From IMG/VR virus record IMGVR_UViG_3300035208_002098, positions 128,001 to 192,000 of that record: DNA of 64,000 nt; one strand, 5' to 3'. Origin of the DNA: a virus. Its lineage: Duplodnaviria > Caudoviricetes. Positions 1-10,260 of the stretch are shown piece by piece. The first letter of the stretch is position 1; each line of letters opens with the position of its first letter. The position numbers were made by a program, and so were the translations under genes. The notes beneath the pieces were generated by a model. It was not told where the DNA came from, did no database searches, and saw only the letters and a list, made by a program, of their open reading frames with translations.

Positions 1-317
1 ATAATATAAACTGGGTAAGATTCAAACTCAACGCTAATTGGTTCTTTTATACAATCTAACAGTCTATTTTTAGTTTCGTTATCAATTGATATTGATTGAA
101 TATCAACTAATACCTTATAATATTCAAACTTATTATGTTTAACATCGAAAAATGTTATAGTATCGGTGCCTTTACTTACAGATAAATTAATTATTTCAGT
201 GCATAAGTAAGTATAAACACTATCATTATTTTCGTATGTTTTTTTTCTATTATATGTTTGAGAATAACAAGAAAATGACAATATTACAATTATTAATATA
301 TTAAATACTTTTTTCAT
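1..317 (-). CDS. Hypothetical secreted protein (partial, runs off window)
   Basis: ATG at 317; MKKVFNILIIVILSFSCYSQ signal-peptide-like start. Confidence 0.55.
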   Translation of the reverse strand, partial: MKKVFNILIIVILSFSCYSQTYNRKKTYENNDSVYTYLCTEIINLSVSKGTDTITFFDVKHNKFEYYKVLVDIQSISIDNETKNRLLDCIKEPISVEFESYPVYI

Positions 318-341
318 ATTATTTTGTTTTTTTATTAAAAA

Positions 342-374
342 TTAAATGGTAGGTTTTTAGGCCTACCATTTAAA
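342..374 (-). terminator. Intrinsic terminator-like hairpin
   Basis: TTAAATGGTAGG...CCTACCATTTAA inverted repeat just after the 379-639 stop. Confidence 0.6.
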
Positions 375-378
375 AATA

Positions 379-639
379 TTATTCAGATACTTTTTTTGGC
401 TTCCATACTAAGTAGATGAAATATAATCCTAATATTCCAATACCCGTTTTAATTAACCATAAATATTGTAAAATAAATGGTTTAGTTTTTAAAGCGTAAT
501 ATGCACTATCATCATTTACTTGGTCTGCAGCAACTTGTGTATAGTTTTGAGTAATTGCGTAATGTCCAAAGCTAAAAAACATGTTAATAGCTATTAGGGC
601 TACGACTATAACTAAGGTTAGAATTATATTCTTTTTCAT
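379..639 (-). CDS. Small membrane protein (2 TM), likely partner of the SPFH protein
   Basis: Two hydrophobic segments; 2 nt after the SPFH ORF. Confidence 0.65.
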   Translation of the reverse strand: MKKNIILTLVIVVALIAINMFFSFGHYAITQNYTQVAADQVNDDSAYYALKTKPFILQYLWLIKTGIGILGLYFIYLVWKPKKVSE

Positions 640-641
640 AC

Positions 642-1606
642 TTATTTTATTGTTGATAAACCTTTAAGACCATACAAATCTAACAACGATACTGAACCAC
701 CAGCAGTTGTAAACGAACTTGGTACTGGTAATTTTCCTGTTCTAATACCTTCAGCTAAAGCTTGTTTAATTTCTATATCAGCATCTAAGTTCTTTTGAGC
801 TGCGATAGCTTCTTTAGCTTGCATAAATTTATTAGCTGCTTTAACCTCATTTTCAGCGGTAGTAAATTTCATTTCAGATGCGAATTTCTCATTAATAGAT
901 GTTTGGATAGATTTGTCTATATAATTAAATCCACCGGCAGCACCAATATTCATTATTTTGATACCAAATTCAGCAAAATGTTCAGTTGTTTTCTTACGCA
1001 TAATTTCAAATACTTCTTTACGTTGAGCTTGGCAAGTAGATAAATTTAATACACCAAATTCGGCAGTTAAGATATTTTGAATAAAACCACGTACATCATT
1101 ATCCATAACAGCTTCTAACGTTCTACCATTATACATATATAAAAACTTTGATGCCCATTCTTCTGGGATGGATGATGTGGCTGTTATACCAATACCAAAA
1201 CCAATAGATTCTTTAGACTCAACTTCAATATCTTCTTTTTTATTACCGGATGTACCACTACCATTAGCAACAGTCCATTCACGAGTAATTGGTGTTCTAT
1301 CAACTTTAATTACACGAACTGAAGGAATCCATTGACCTGTTGAACCTATACGACCAGTTTGATGCCATTGAGTTGGTGTCATTGAGTTGGTGTATAAATA
1401 CGTTTCGCAACAACTTTGTTTTTCTCAAGATAATCTTCAGATTTTAATTTTGTTTGACCATCTTTAGTTCCTTCTTCTAATGGAATTACATAGGCTGTTT
1501 CATTTGGAGCCACTTCCACGTAAATTTCCTCTTGATAAGGTTTCATACATGATGTCATTGATACTGCTAGAGCGATAACGCTCAAAATTAATGTTACTTT
1601 TTTCAT
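642..1606 (-). pseudogene. SPFH/Band-7 family lipoprotein split by a 14-bp tandem duplication
   Basis: Lipoprotein signal (MTSC) in 1379-1606, SPFH-like body in 642-1382; CATTGAGTTGGTGT duplicated at 1366-1379/1380-1393, and removing one copy fuses the ORFs. Confidence 0.7.
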
Positions 1607-1659
1607 TGTTTTTTAAATTTAAATTAATACTATTTGTTAAAATTGTTTATTATTGAGTC

Positions 1660-1691
1660 GCAAAGATAAATATAATTTTTGATATACGCAA
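1660..1691 (-). promoter_or_regulatory. Bacteroidota-type sigma-A promoter (-7 TATCTTTG, -33 TTG)
   Basis: Minus strand TTGCG-N-TATCTTTGCG; same element recurs about 20 times before minus-strand operons. Confidence 0.7.
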
Positions 1692-1717
1692 ATTTTTTCG
1701 TATATATTCTTAAAAAA

Positions 1718-1933
1718 TTATTTAAATCTTCTCATATCTTCTTTAAATAACTTGATATTCTTCATGTTAGCTACTAACCAATCATAAATTATTTTTTGTA
1801 AATTTTGTGATACTGGGTATCCACCCATATATATAACATCGGCTACTATTTCAAACTCAGTACCTTTTGGGAACTTTAAACCATGAGTTAATTCTGCATC
1901 CTGTAATAGGATTAAAATTTTTTGTGTAATCAT
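1718..1933 (-). CDS. Hypothetical protein
   Basis: ORF in tightly packed operon. Confidence 0.6.
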   Translation of the reverse strand: MITQKILILLQDAELTHGLKFPKGTEFEIVADVIYMGGYPVSQNLQKIIYDWLVANMKNIKLFKEDMRRFK

Positions 1934-1944
1934 TTTTAATTTAT

Positions 1945-2580
1945 TTATAATTTATTATTTATTTCTTTACCACAAAGATGAATTACCATCGATGATTCAT
2001 ATTGCATTTTTTTACCTAGTATATAATCAAAACCCTCTCTACGTGATGGTGCCGAGTATATAAACACATCAAAATTGTTATGGTTAATTTTTAGACCGTT
2101 TTTAGTCTTTTTTAAACCTTTTTTACAATGTGGTAAATCTATATCTTGGTAAAAATATTCTGTTGGTCTCCAATAACCTTCAGCTTTTAATTGTTTAGCG
2201 AAATCTAAATCAACTGGTGATTCAGAACCATTTAATGGTGGTGTTATTAATATACGTTCAACTAATTTAGCACTATCTTGTTTAATAACCCAATGGTTTT
2301 CATATACCTTATAATCATTTGATTCAAATATTGATATGTAATAACCATATTCTTCTAATTTAATTATATCATCTTTAGTAAACCAATTGAATAAATCTTC
2401 AAGTTTATCAGTCGTTGATAGATAACCAATAATATTTTCATCGTAAGGTATAGGTAATTTAGTATTAAGACAAAATGTAAATTTATCATGTATTAACCCC
2501 GTAAAATTACCATTAATATCATACCACAAACCTTGATTTGTTTCAGTATTAGCAACTCTATAAAATCTTTTTGTTTCCAT
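1945..2580 (-). CDS. Hypothetical protein (probable two-domain fusion)
   Basis: 211-aa ORF. Confidence 0.65.
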   Translation of the reverse strand: METKRFYRVANTETNQGLWYDINGNFTGLIHDKFTFCLNTKLPIPYDENIIGYLSTTDKLEDLFNWFTKDDIIKLEEYGYYISIFESNDYKVYENHWVIKQDSAKLVERILITPPLNGSESPVDLDFAKQLKAEGYWRPTEYFYQDIDLPHCKKGLKKTKNGLKINHNNFDVFIYSAPSRREGFDYILGKKMQYESSMVIHLCGKEINNKL

Positions 2581-2582
2581 TG

Positions 2583-2765
2583 TTAAAATCTTGTAACTAA
2601 TTTATCAATATCTTTATTTAATACGTTTTTAATCATAGCGTGAGCTTGTATAATATCTCTATCAACGCTGGTTTCCTTTTTTTGTGAATCAAGAATTCTA
2701 GATACCAAGCGAAGAGTGTCTTCTATATGTTTCGCTTGGTATTCGTAAATTGTTAGTTCTTCCAT
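2583..2765 (-). CDS. Hypothetical protein
   Basis: Start overlaps upstream stop (TAATG). Confidence 0.6.
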   Translation of the reverse strand: MEELTIYEYQAKHIEDTLRLVSRILDSQKKETSVDRDIIQAHAMIKNVLNKDIDKLVTRF

Positions 2766-3328
2766 TATATACCAGCTTGTTCGTTTAACTTATCCATAAA
2801 CCATTTTCTAGCTTTATTTGAAATATTACCACTAATATCTTTAGGTTCAAATCCATTTTTAACGATAGTATCCAATTCTTCTTTTATTACGTCATTGTAC
2901 ACCCATTTTATATAAGTACCAAGACTTTTAATATCGAATGGTATGTTTTCTTGTCTTAAATAATCTAGTCCTTGCACTAACCTACCTTCTGCGACAATGG
3001 TATTAACTAATTCATTAATTGAATTAACTCGTTCAACATCAACTGGTACTTTTTCTTTAGTTGAACTACCTTTATGTTCTTCACCTTTAGCTTTGAATGC
3101 AAATCTATAGTTTTCCCATCCGGGTGTAATACAATTAAATACAATACCTTCACCGATACCTTCTATATCAAATGATTTTGATACTGGACATTCTTTTTCA
3201 ACTTCGCTAACCATAGAACCAATCTTATCCGCAGCTTCTTGTGGGTTATTAAAATCGATTATTATTTCGAACATTTTATAATCTTCAATATTGAAGATAC
3301 CATTTTCATGTGAACTTAAATTTTTCAT
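2765..3328 (-). CDS. Rnl2-like RNA ligase, C-terminal fragment
   Basis: Nucleotidyltransferase motifs IV (EGIGEGIVF) and V (FKAKG). Confidence 0.75.
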   Translation of the reverse strand: MKNLSSHENGIFNIEDYKMFEIIIDFNNPQEAADKIGSMVSEVEKECPVSKSFDIEGIGEGIVFNCITPGWENYRFAFKAKGEEHKGSSTKEKVPVDVERVNSINELVNTIVAEGRLVQGLDYLRQENIPFDIKSLGTYIKWVYNDVIKEELDTIVKNGFEPKDISGNISNKARKWFMDKLNEQAGI

Positions 3329-3335
3329 AATTTAT

Positions 3336-4232
3336 TTATTTTATTTTTATACAATACCAATTAACATATTTTATTAAATCATTTTTTTCTAATCTACTTC
3401 TATTAGACCCAACATTTTGATATATTTTACGACCATTATTACTATAAGATTTTTTTAATGCCCCATAAGGTAACTTATTTTTCTTACAAAACTCGATAAA
3501 ATTTTCGTTTATTATATTATAAATCAAGTTATCGTTACAATCGTATATATAATATTCAGATTTTAAATTATTATCTCCTTTTGTTATACCTACCAACTCA
3601 CCAGATAATAATCGTTCATCAAAAATAGATACTCTCATAGTATTACCTAAACAGTCTTTAACTGTGGTAGTATTTTTATATATCGACACTAAATTACTAT
3701 TTTCATTAAACTCATCTTTAGTAACCCTAATTTTTTCACCATTTAGTGGATTTATAACACTAACTAAACCATTTTTTTCAAACGTCCTTTTTAATTCACC
3801 AGTTGTAAGTCTTATATCGTCACTATTCACTTGAAATGTCTCACCATTTTTATCGTATACAGGTACTTTATTTTTACAAACACCAAATAGAGAATCATTG
3901 TTATTGAAAACTTCTTTTGGTATTTGACAACCATTTAATGAAACATACCCACTTCTAAATCCACCAAACCCACCAACCTTAAGATTATAAACATCTGCTC
4001 GTTTAATAAAATCACTATTAACAAGTTTAGCCTCCATTTCTCTCATTTCAACTTCATTTTCGCATAAATGTAAAATTCTTTTCTCGAAATTTTCAATACC
4101 ATATTTTTTAATGACCCGTTTTATACGTAAACCAGAACCCATATACCCATCATCTAAATTTTTAGTTTTGTGGTACCCAATGTAAATTTTATTATTTATC
4201 TTATTTTTAATTTCGTAAATGGTGTAATACAT
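3336..4232 (-). mobile_element. GIY-YIG (Seg-like) homing endonuclease inserted in the RNA ligase gene
   Basis: [19 protein letters not shown]...YMGSG...YNL. Confidence 0.85.
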
Positions 4233-4292
4233 AATAATAGTTTATTATAAAAATATAACAATATTAGAATAACACAACCACACCATTAAATA

Positions 4293-4799
4293 TTACGATA
4301 TTTTAGTTTTAACCCAATATGGTGACATATTCTCATCAAATGGAACTACTTTAGCGTTAGAAAATATAAAAACACTTTTATCCATTTTTGATATACCAAC
4401 CTTTGATTGTATACCTTTACCAACCCACTCACAAAATACTATAATCGTATTAGAATCTAAATCAACATCGTATTCTTTAGCTAATTGTTTTATTAAATCA
4501 ACCCAAACCATTCTTTTACTATAAACAAAGGTTGCAAATCCAGCGTTATCCTTTTGAGGTGTGATAATATTTTCTCTAGATTGAACATTTAACCCACGTA
4601 TATTATCATATGACACACCACCATTTGTACCATGTAATTTAACAGTACCACGATAATTTAATATCGGTAATGGTAACGTTTCATCTTGGATTGGGTCACC
4701 ATTTTCGTCTTTACCAGCATATTGTGCTCTATATTTAACGTTATAAATTGCGTTCCTGAATTGTTCAATGTCTGGGAACTTATGCATTTTAATTTCCAT
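4293..4799 (-). CDS. Rnl2-like RNA ligase, N-terminal fragment
   Basis: Motif I KLHGTN, QSR, motif III FCEWVG. Confidence 0.75.
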   Translation of the reverse strand: MEIKMHKFPDIEQFRNAIYNVKYRAQYAGKDENGDPIQDETLPLPILNYRGTVKLHGTNGGVSYDNIRGLNVQSRENIITPQKDNAGFATFVYSKRMVWVDLIKQLAKEYDVDLDSNTIIVFCEWVGKGIQSKVGISKMDKSVFIFSNAKVVPFDENMSPYWVKTKIS

Positions 4800-4894
4800 A
4801 TTTATTTTAGTTTTAATTATTAATATACAAAAATAGGTATTATTTATCAGAAAAACAAATAATACCTATTAAATTTTTATAAAAAATCGAAAAA

Positions 4895-5374
4895 TTATAT
4901 TTTAACCATAATATAATCACTTTTATTTTCAATAACATCAAACTTTTTAATCTGAGTTATTGAAGTAACCGTTATTTCATCAGGTAAATTACATCTAAGT
5001 GACCAATCACCACACCATTCAGCCGAACAATGCACTTTAAGTTTAAATAATTTATCACCAACCATTACAAAATCATCAACACTTACCCCTTCATCTGGTA
5101 AGTCATCACCATAAAATCCGTCTTTGTAACCACTTTCTTCTTTAAAATATCTTTCAATCCTTGTTCTAATATCTTCACCGTCAACTAAATTCTCTAAAAC
5201 TATCTCAACGCATATTTTTGAGTCTTCTTCGTCTTGAATCCTTTTAGCTTCTAATTTTTCTATTTCAAGTTCTTTATTCATTGCTTCAATGAATTCATCA
5301 ACGTTTACAATTAGACCAATATCACTTAATACTTTTCTAATGATTGATTCTTTGTATTTATTTTCTTTACCCAT
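4895..5374 (-). CDS. Hypothetical acidic protein
   Basis: 159-aa ORF. Confidence 0.6.
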   Translation of the reverse strand: MGKENKYKESIIRKVLSDIGLIVNVDEFIEAMNKELEIEKLEAKRIQDEEDSKICVEIVLENLVDGEDIRTRIERYFKEESGYKDGFYGDDLPDEGVSVDDFVMVGDKLFKLKVHCSAEWCGDWSLRCNLPDEITVTSITQIKKFDVIENKSDYIMVKI

Positions 5375-5377
5375 AAT

Positions 5378-5809
5378 TTATGAATTTAACATCTTTTCAA
5401 TTTCTTCAAGTTCAAGTTGTCTTTTCATTTCAGGACTAACTAGTTGGTCAAGACGTTTCTCTAAATTAGCCAATTCTGATTGTTTAGATTTAATTTGAAG
5501 TTTATCAAATCTAGTCTTTAAGTCACTTTTCCATTCTTCAACTGTATAACCAGCAATTTTGAAATTGTAATTACACCCTAAATCTTTTGATGCTTCAGCA
5601 AAAGCTTTATCATCTGATATAATTGAAGCGTAAACTTCAACTATTTTCTCAAGGTCAGTAATAGTATGAAGATTCATATTACCACCACTTTTAAGAGGGA
5701 AAGAACAATTTGTTATCCAACTTGGTTTATCAAGTTTTTCTATTTCAGCTTTTTTCACCTGAATTACGTTAAACAATTTTTTTATTGTTTCATCTGCTTT
5801 ATCTGCCAT
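5378..5809 (-). CDS. Hypothetical coiled-coil protein
   Basis: 143-aa ORF, WITNCSF motif. Confidence 0.65.
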   Translation of the reverse strand: MADKADETIKKLFNVIQVKKAEIEKLDKPSWITNCSFPLKSGGNMNLHTITDLEKIVEVYASIISDDKAFAEASKDLGCNYNFKIAGYTVEEWKSDLKTRFDKLQIKSKQSELANLEKRLDQLVSPEMKRQLELEEIEKMLNS

Positions 5810-5843
5810 AATCTATTATTTGTTTATTTATTATTTACTTATT

Positions 5844-7022
5844 TTAATTAAAATACTCATCTATATTCATTTCAACACCATTACTTAATATAGCGTATAA
5901 ATCGATAAAAATCAAGTTTTTAAGTTCAGAAAATAAATATATTTTATCATCACTAACTCTAGAATATGAACGATAGTCGTATCTTGATATGTAATTAATT
6001 TTATTACCGTCAATATCAACTCTATATCGTTTTTCAACTTTAAAACCTTTAAGTTTTGGCGGATTTTGATGGTTATACCCATTATATTCATATTCTGGGC
6101 AAATAGTAACTTGATAATATGTATTATCTTCAACTAAATAAGCGTATGTTGAATTCCAACTTCTCTTACCTATAAGTTTATCTTCATCTAAATTAAATGG
6201 TTTAGTTGTATAACCACTCAAAGTTGAGAAATTTTTACTTTTTTGAAATTCTTCTAGAATATCTGAATAATTTTCAGCTACATCAAGTGTTAATCTTTCA
6301 CCTAAACTAGTAAAACCCTTTTCTGGATAACATTCTTTATCTTCAATATTATAAAAAATGTGAGCTGGATATATATCAATTTTTTTACTATATGGTGAAA
6401 TTTCAACCCAATTAAATCTACCCAAATACATTACCTCAACCTGTTTTTTTGTTTTATATAAACAACCCGGCAACATATCAGTTTTAGTAATTTTTTTACT
6501 TTGTAATTCGGTAAAATTAGTCGAAGTTTTATATTCATTACAACCCACAGGTAATAATATTAATTCTGGCCCACTCCAACCATATACAAATTCACCTTCT
6601 AACCCCTTACCTTTAATAGCTGAAGTTTCTTGTAAAATAAAGAGTAAATTAGGTATACTAATTTCAAATTCGAAATTTCTTGGGTCATAAACTCGAACTT
6701 TTTCAATCCTAGTATCCCAACCATAACTACGTCTAGCACCACCAACATCTTTATTTAATACAAAACCTTCTGTTGGTACATTTTCAAACGCTTGTGGGGC
6801 ATATTCTGGTCCACATATTGTATCTTCCCATTCTTCAGTTTGTTCGTTATAAATTCGCTCTTTTTGACCTTCTTTCCATCGCCAACTTTCCCATGAACCT
6901 TCTTTACGCAATTTACCCTTGTTATCCCAATAGATAACATAACCTAACTTACCTGTGTAAGTATCGTCTCTCCCTTGTAACCCAACATTTATTTTAGTTG
7001 GTATAAATAATTGATTTTCCAT
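5844..7022 (-). CDS. Phage protein of unknown function
   Basis: 392-aa ORF; RVYDPRNFEFEI / GEFVYGW motifs. Confidence 0.7.
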   Translation of the reverse strand: MENQLFIPTKINVGLQGRDDTYTGKLGYVIYWDNKGKLRKEGSWESWRWKEGQKERIYNEQTEEWEDTICGPEYAPQAFENVPTEGFVLNKDVGGARRSYGWDTRIEKVRVYDPRNFEFEISIPNLLFILQETSAIKGKGLEGEFVYGWSGPELILLPVGCNEYKTSTNFTELQSKKITKTDMLPGCLYKTKKQVEVMYLGRFNWVEISPYSKKIDIYPAHIFYNIEDKECYPEKGFTSLGERLTLDVAENYSDILEEFQKSKNFSTLSGYTTKPFNLDEDKLIGKRSWNSTYAYLVEDNTYYQVTICPEYEYNGYNHQNPPKLKGFKVEKRYRVDIDGNKINYISRYDYRSYSRVSDDKIYLFSELKNLIFIDLYAILSNGVEMNIDEYFN

Positions 7023-7024
7023 AT

Positions 7025-7279
7025 TTAATTTATTTTTATTATATTATTTGCACTCACCTCATGTAAAGTAATGTTCGTATTTCTAGCTATTAAACCTTTG
7101 ATTCTAGGTTCTATTGGGTGGATACATTTCCCATCAATATATTCTGATTTTACATTAAACCCATTATCTGTTAACGCCTTATCTATTATTTCTTGAATAG
7201 TTGTTTTACCCGATGCTGAACGTCCAATGATACGAATTACAATATCATTAGCCTCTAAATTAATACTTTCTGTTCTCAT
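7025..7279 (-). CDS. Small P-loop protein
   Basis: GRSASGKTT Walker A. Confidence 0.6.
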   Translation of the reverse strand: MRTESINLEANDIVIRIIGRSASGKTTIQEIIDKALTDNGFNVKSEYIDGKCIHPIEPRIKGLIARNTNITLHEVSANNIIKIN

Positions 7280-7280
7280 A

Positions 7281-8681
7281 TTATTTTGTTAAACCTTTAG
7301 CCATATTTTCAATATCCAAAATTTCTTGATATGAGTCAGCAACCTTTTTATCAGTTCTAAATTTGTTTTTACCAACTCTTGGGTGCATTAGAGAATGTTT
7401 ACCCTTACTATGTGTGATACCACAAGATTTAGTATCAACAATACTATGTAATAAGGTATCCATATTATCAGTAACATATCTCATAGTTTCTTCATCCATT
7501 CCACCGGGGTCTGCAGTTAATAATCCATCACTAGATTGACATTGTAATGATGAAATTACAAATTCATTTTTAGTGCCTTTATTTCCGTAATTAAACCCAA
7601 TTATTTCCAAATCAACATCCATATCTAATTTCATCTTAATTTGATACGATGGTTTGCTATCAACCCACTTACCATTAACCGATTTTATAATACAACCCTC
7701 TAATCCACGGTCTAAACATTCTTGGAAGAATTTTAATGCTTCTTCAAATGAATTTAAATATACCGTTTCAACTATTTTAACCATTGTTAAACCGTATTCT
7801 TTAATTAAATCAGCTGCTCTAGATAAACGTTCATTATATGGTGTATCTGATGCCTTATTATAATATTCGTAAGGTGTTATAGTATCCCATACTGTAAAAA
7901 TAATACGATTTAATGCTTCATCATATGTGCACCCATGTTTCTTTTGGAACTCAACTTTTTTCTTAGCTGTTTCTTCATCAGTTCTTTCATCAATTTTTTT
8001 AGCAATATCAATTAATGAACTCATAATACCATTAGCCGTTAAACGATTTGGTTCACCATCAATAGTAAACTCACCATTTAAAACACAATCAGGTAATTTA
8101 CCTAATTCATCTAAAAATATAGCACCGGTTAATATAGTTGGTTCACCTTGACGTGATTCACAATCAACATCACCACCACGAATAATAGCATTACCGTATT
8201 GCCCATCCATTTTAACTTGGCCATAACAAGTCTGACCACCCTTAAATAAATCTTGTACACTTTTAGCTTTATAAGGTTTACAACCCATATAAGGGGTTTC
8301 TTCGAATAAATCAGGTATTACTTTATTAATATTACCACCCATTTTTATTTTAAGGTCTTTAGCTATAATTCGCTCAATAACATATGCATCATCGGCTGAT
8401 AACCCAGATAATATTGTCTGTAAATGATTTGAAGCTGCTTGACCAGTATACACACGAGATGATAAGTCCTCTAACATTACAAATGCATTTTCTAATGTTA
8501 AATGTGGTACATCAGTTTTGTATTGTGGTATTTGTTTAATGAAAAACTTAATTCGACCCGAATTAGCTAGATATAAAACTCGTTGTAATGTTTTATTATC
8601 TTTATATTTTCTAAGAATTTCCATTTTATTCTTAGTACCACCCTCATTTGAGATTTCTGTTAAAATTGATTTTATATTCAT
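7281..8681 (-). CDS. ATP-dependent DNA ligase (T4 gp30-like)
   Basis: KMDG motif I, LNGE, EGCIIK, IKMK, OB-fold tail. Confidence 0.9.
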   Translation of the reverse strand: MNIKSILTEISNEGGTKNKMEILRKYKDNKTLQRVLYLANSGRIKFFIKQIPQYKTDVPHLTLENAFVMLEDLSSRVYTGQAASNHLQTILSGLSADDAYVIERIIAKDLKIKMGGNINKVIPDLFEETPYMGCKPYKAKSVQDLFKGGQTCYGQVKMDGQYGNAIIRGGDVDCESRQGEPTILTGAIFLDELGKLPDCVLNGEFTIDGEPNRLTANGIMSSLIDIAKKIDERTDEETAKKKVEFQKKHGCTYDEALNRIIFTVWDTITPYEYYNKASDTPYNERLSRAADLIKEYGLTMVKIVETVYLNSFEEALKFFQECLDRGLEGCIIKSVNGKWVDSKPSYQIKMKLDMDVDLEIIGFNYGNKGTKNEFVISSLQCQSSDGLLTADPGGMDEETMRYVTDNMDTLLHSIVDTKSCGITHSKGKHSLMHPRVGKNKFRTDKKVADSYQEILDIENMAKGLTK

Positions 8682-8968
8682 AATTTTACTTCTTTTTGAA
8701 TTTCTTCTATATATTGTTTAATTTTATCATTAACTTCATCAATGGAATTCATTTTTGAAAACTCATCTAAGAATGCTACTAGTTGAATAGCTGTTAAATT
8801 AACAGCGTTATCTATAAAGTCACCGATTTTAAACCCTTGTTCTGGTCTAGCCATTTCATCAAAGGTTTCCCAATGTTTATTTGCTATTTCAGCTAATACA
8901 TCACTATCATATATTGTTTGAACACCAAACTTAAGTGGTTTTTTATAAAATTTACTTCTATCTGTCAT
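8678..8968 (-). CDS. Hypothetical protein
   Basis: ORF overlapping ligase start (ATGA). Confidence 0.6.
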   Translation of the reverse strand: MTDRSKFYKKPLKFGVQTIYDSDVLAEIANKHWETFDEMARPEQGFKIGDFIDNAVNLTAIQLVAFLDEFSKMNSIDEVNDKIKQYIEEIQKEVKL

Positions 8969-8972
8969 ATTT

Positions 8973-9875
8973 TTATTTATTATTATTTTTCATCCATTCT
9001 TGTACGTACCAAAGCTGCCCACATCCACCGCCAATATCATCTTGACCAGCTGGGTCAAATACTCTTACATTATACCCATCTCCCATAAATGTATTTGTTA
9101 CGTTATTTATGATATCGTGATTACGAAATCCAGCTGTTTTCATCGTTTCATCAGCCGAACATATAACACTAAAAGTAAAATGGAAAACCAATGGGTTAAA
9201 TAGGTCTTTTAAGCGATTTATTTCACCATCTGATATGTTTGTACCATCTATACAATAATTAAGGTATACGGGTCTTTTAGTTGCGTTATTCCAAAGAATA
9301 CCATAATCTCTTATTTCTCTAAGAGTTAATTTATTTTTAAATGGTATTAATTCATTACGTTTTTCATCATAAGCTTGGTGAATACTAAATTGCAAACCAA
9401 CTTGACGTATTGATTTACTTAAATTTAATAAATGATTTAAAGATATTTCATTATTAATACCAACAGTTGATATTAATAACTGTGCTTTAGGATATTTTAA
9501 ATGTAATTTAGTAATAGCCGTATCAAGTTCATTAAGATTAAGCATAGGTTCACCCATTGACATAAACATTATTTGAAATTTATCACAATCAAACATGCTT
9601 CTCATATCATCAGATTCATTTAAAACATTATCAATTATAGTATTTACTTGATAGAATATTTCTTCTGATGTTAAATTTCTTATAAATTTTTTACCGGTAC
9701 CACAAAACTTACACCCAACTGGGCAACCACTTTGTACAGAACAACAAATCACTGTTCGTTTACTAAATTTATCGTACTTGTATAGGACAGCTTCAGCTAT
9801 AGCATTTTCAAATTCATATACGTATTTCCATACGTTACCCTCTGAACTAGGGAATATTTTAACACTATTAATCAT
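8973..9875 (-). CDS. RlmN/Cfr-family radical SAM RNA methyltransferase
   Basis: CSVQSGCPVGCKFC, MSMGEP, DIGGGCGQL. Confidence 0.85.
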   Translation of the reverse strand: MINSVKIFPSSEGNVWKYVYEFENAIAEAVLYKYDKFSKRTVICCSVQSGCPVGCKFCGTGKKFIRNLTSEEIFYQVNTIIDNVLNESDDMRSMFDCDKFQIMFMSMGEPMLNLNELDTAITKLHLKYPKAQLLISTVGINNEISLNHLLNLSKSIRQVGLQFSIHQAYDEKRNELIPFKNKLTLREIRDYGILWNNATKRPVYLNYCIDGTNISDGEINRLKDLFNPLVFHFTFSVICSADETMKTAGFRNHDIINNVTNTFMGDGYNVRVFDPAGQDDIGGGCGQLWYVQEWMKNNNK

Positions 9876-9876
9876 A

Positions 9877-10254
9877 TTATTCTTTTATTAAATTAGAGTA
9901 TACCCACTTAAAATTACCTTGTATAACACCATTGATTATTGTATTTTCATTAACAATTTTTAAGAAATTTTGTAAATATATCTCAACTGTAAAACCTAGT
10001 GGGTGCATCAATTTAGCCCAATTCATGCTCATCCCAAATCTCCAACTAACTAATTTCCAACCAAACATATAGGTTTCTTCAATAACGTATGTAGGTAATT
10101 CATCTTTACTACCATACGATACACCAAAACTTTTAAAATCTTTGGGGATTGTACCATTTTTATTAAGTTTAGTCATAAACCCAGTTGAATCATCTCTAAT
10201 TTTTAAAAGATATTCATCATCTTTTAATTCATAACCATCAATATATTCTTTCAT
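9877..10254 (-). CDS. Hypothetical protein
   Basis: HPLGFTVEI resembles DPRNFEFEI of 5844-7022. Confidence 0.6.
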   Translation of the reverse strand: MKEYIDGYELKDDEYLLKIRDDSTGFMTKLNKNGTIPKDFKSFGVSYGSKDELPTYVIEETYMFGWKLVSWRFGMSMNWAKLMHPLGFTVEIYLQNFLKIVNENTIINGVIQGNFKWVYSNLIKE

Positions 10255-10260
10255 ATTTAA

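Noticed and set aside
3329-4292. Group I intron around the GIY-YIG gene (also considered at rnhB, the kinase and the split tRNA)
   Set aside because: Flanking non-coding space is too short and AT-rich, with no recognisable P3-P7 core
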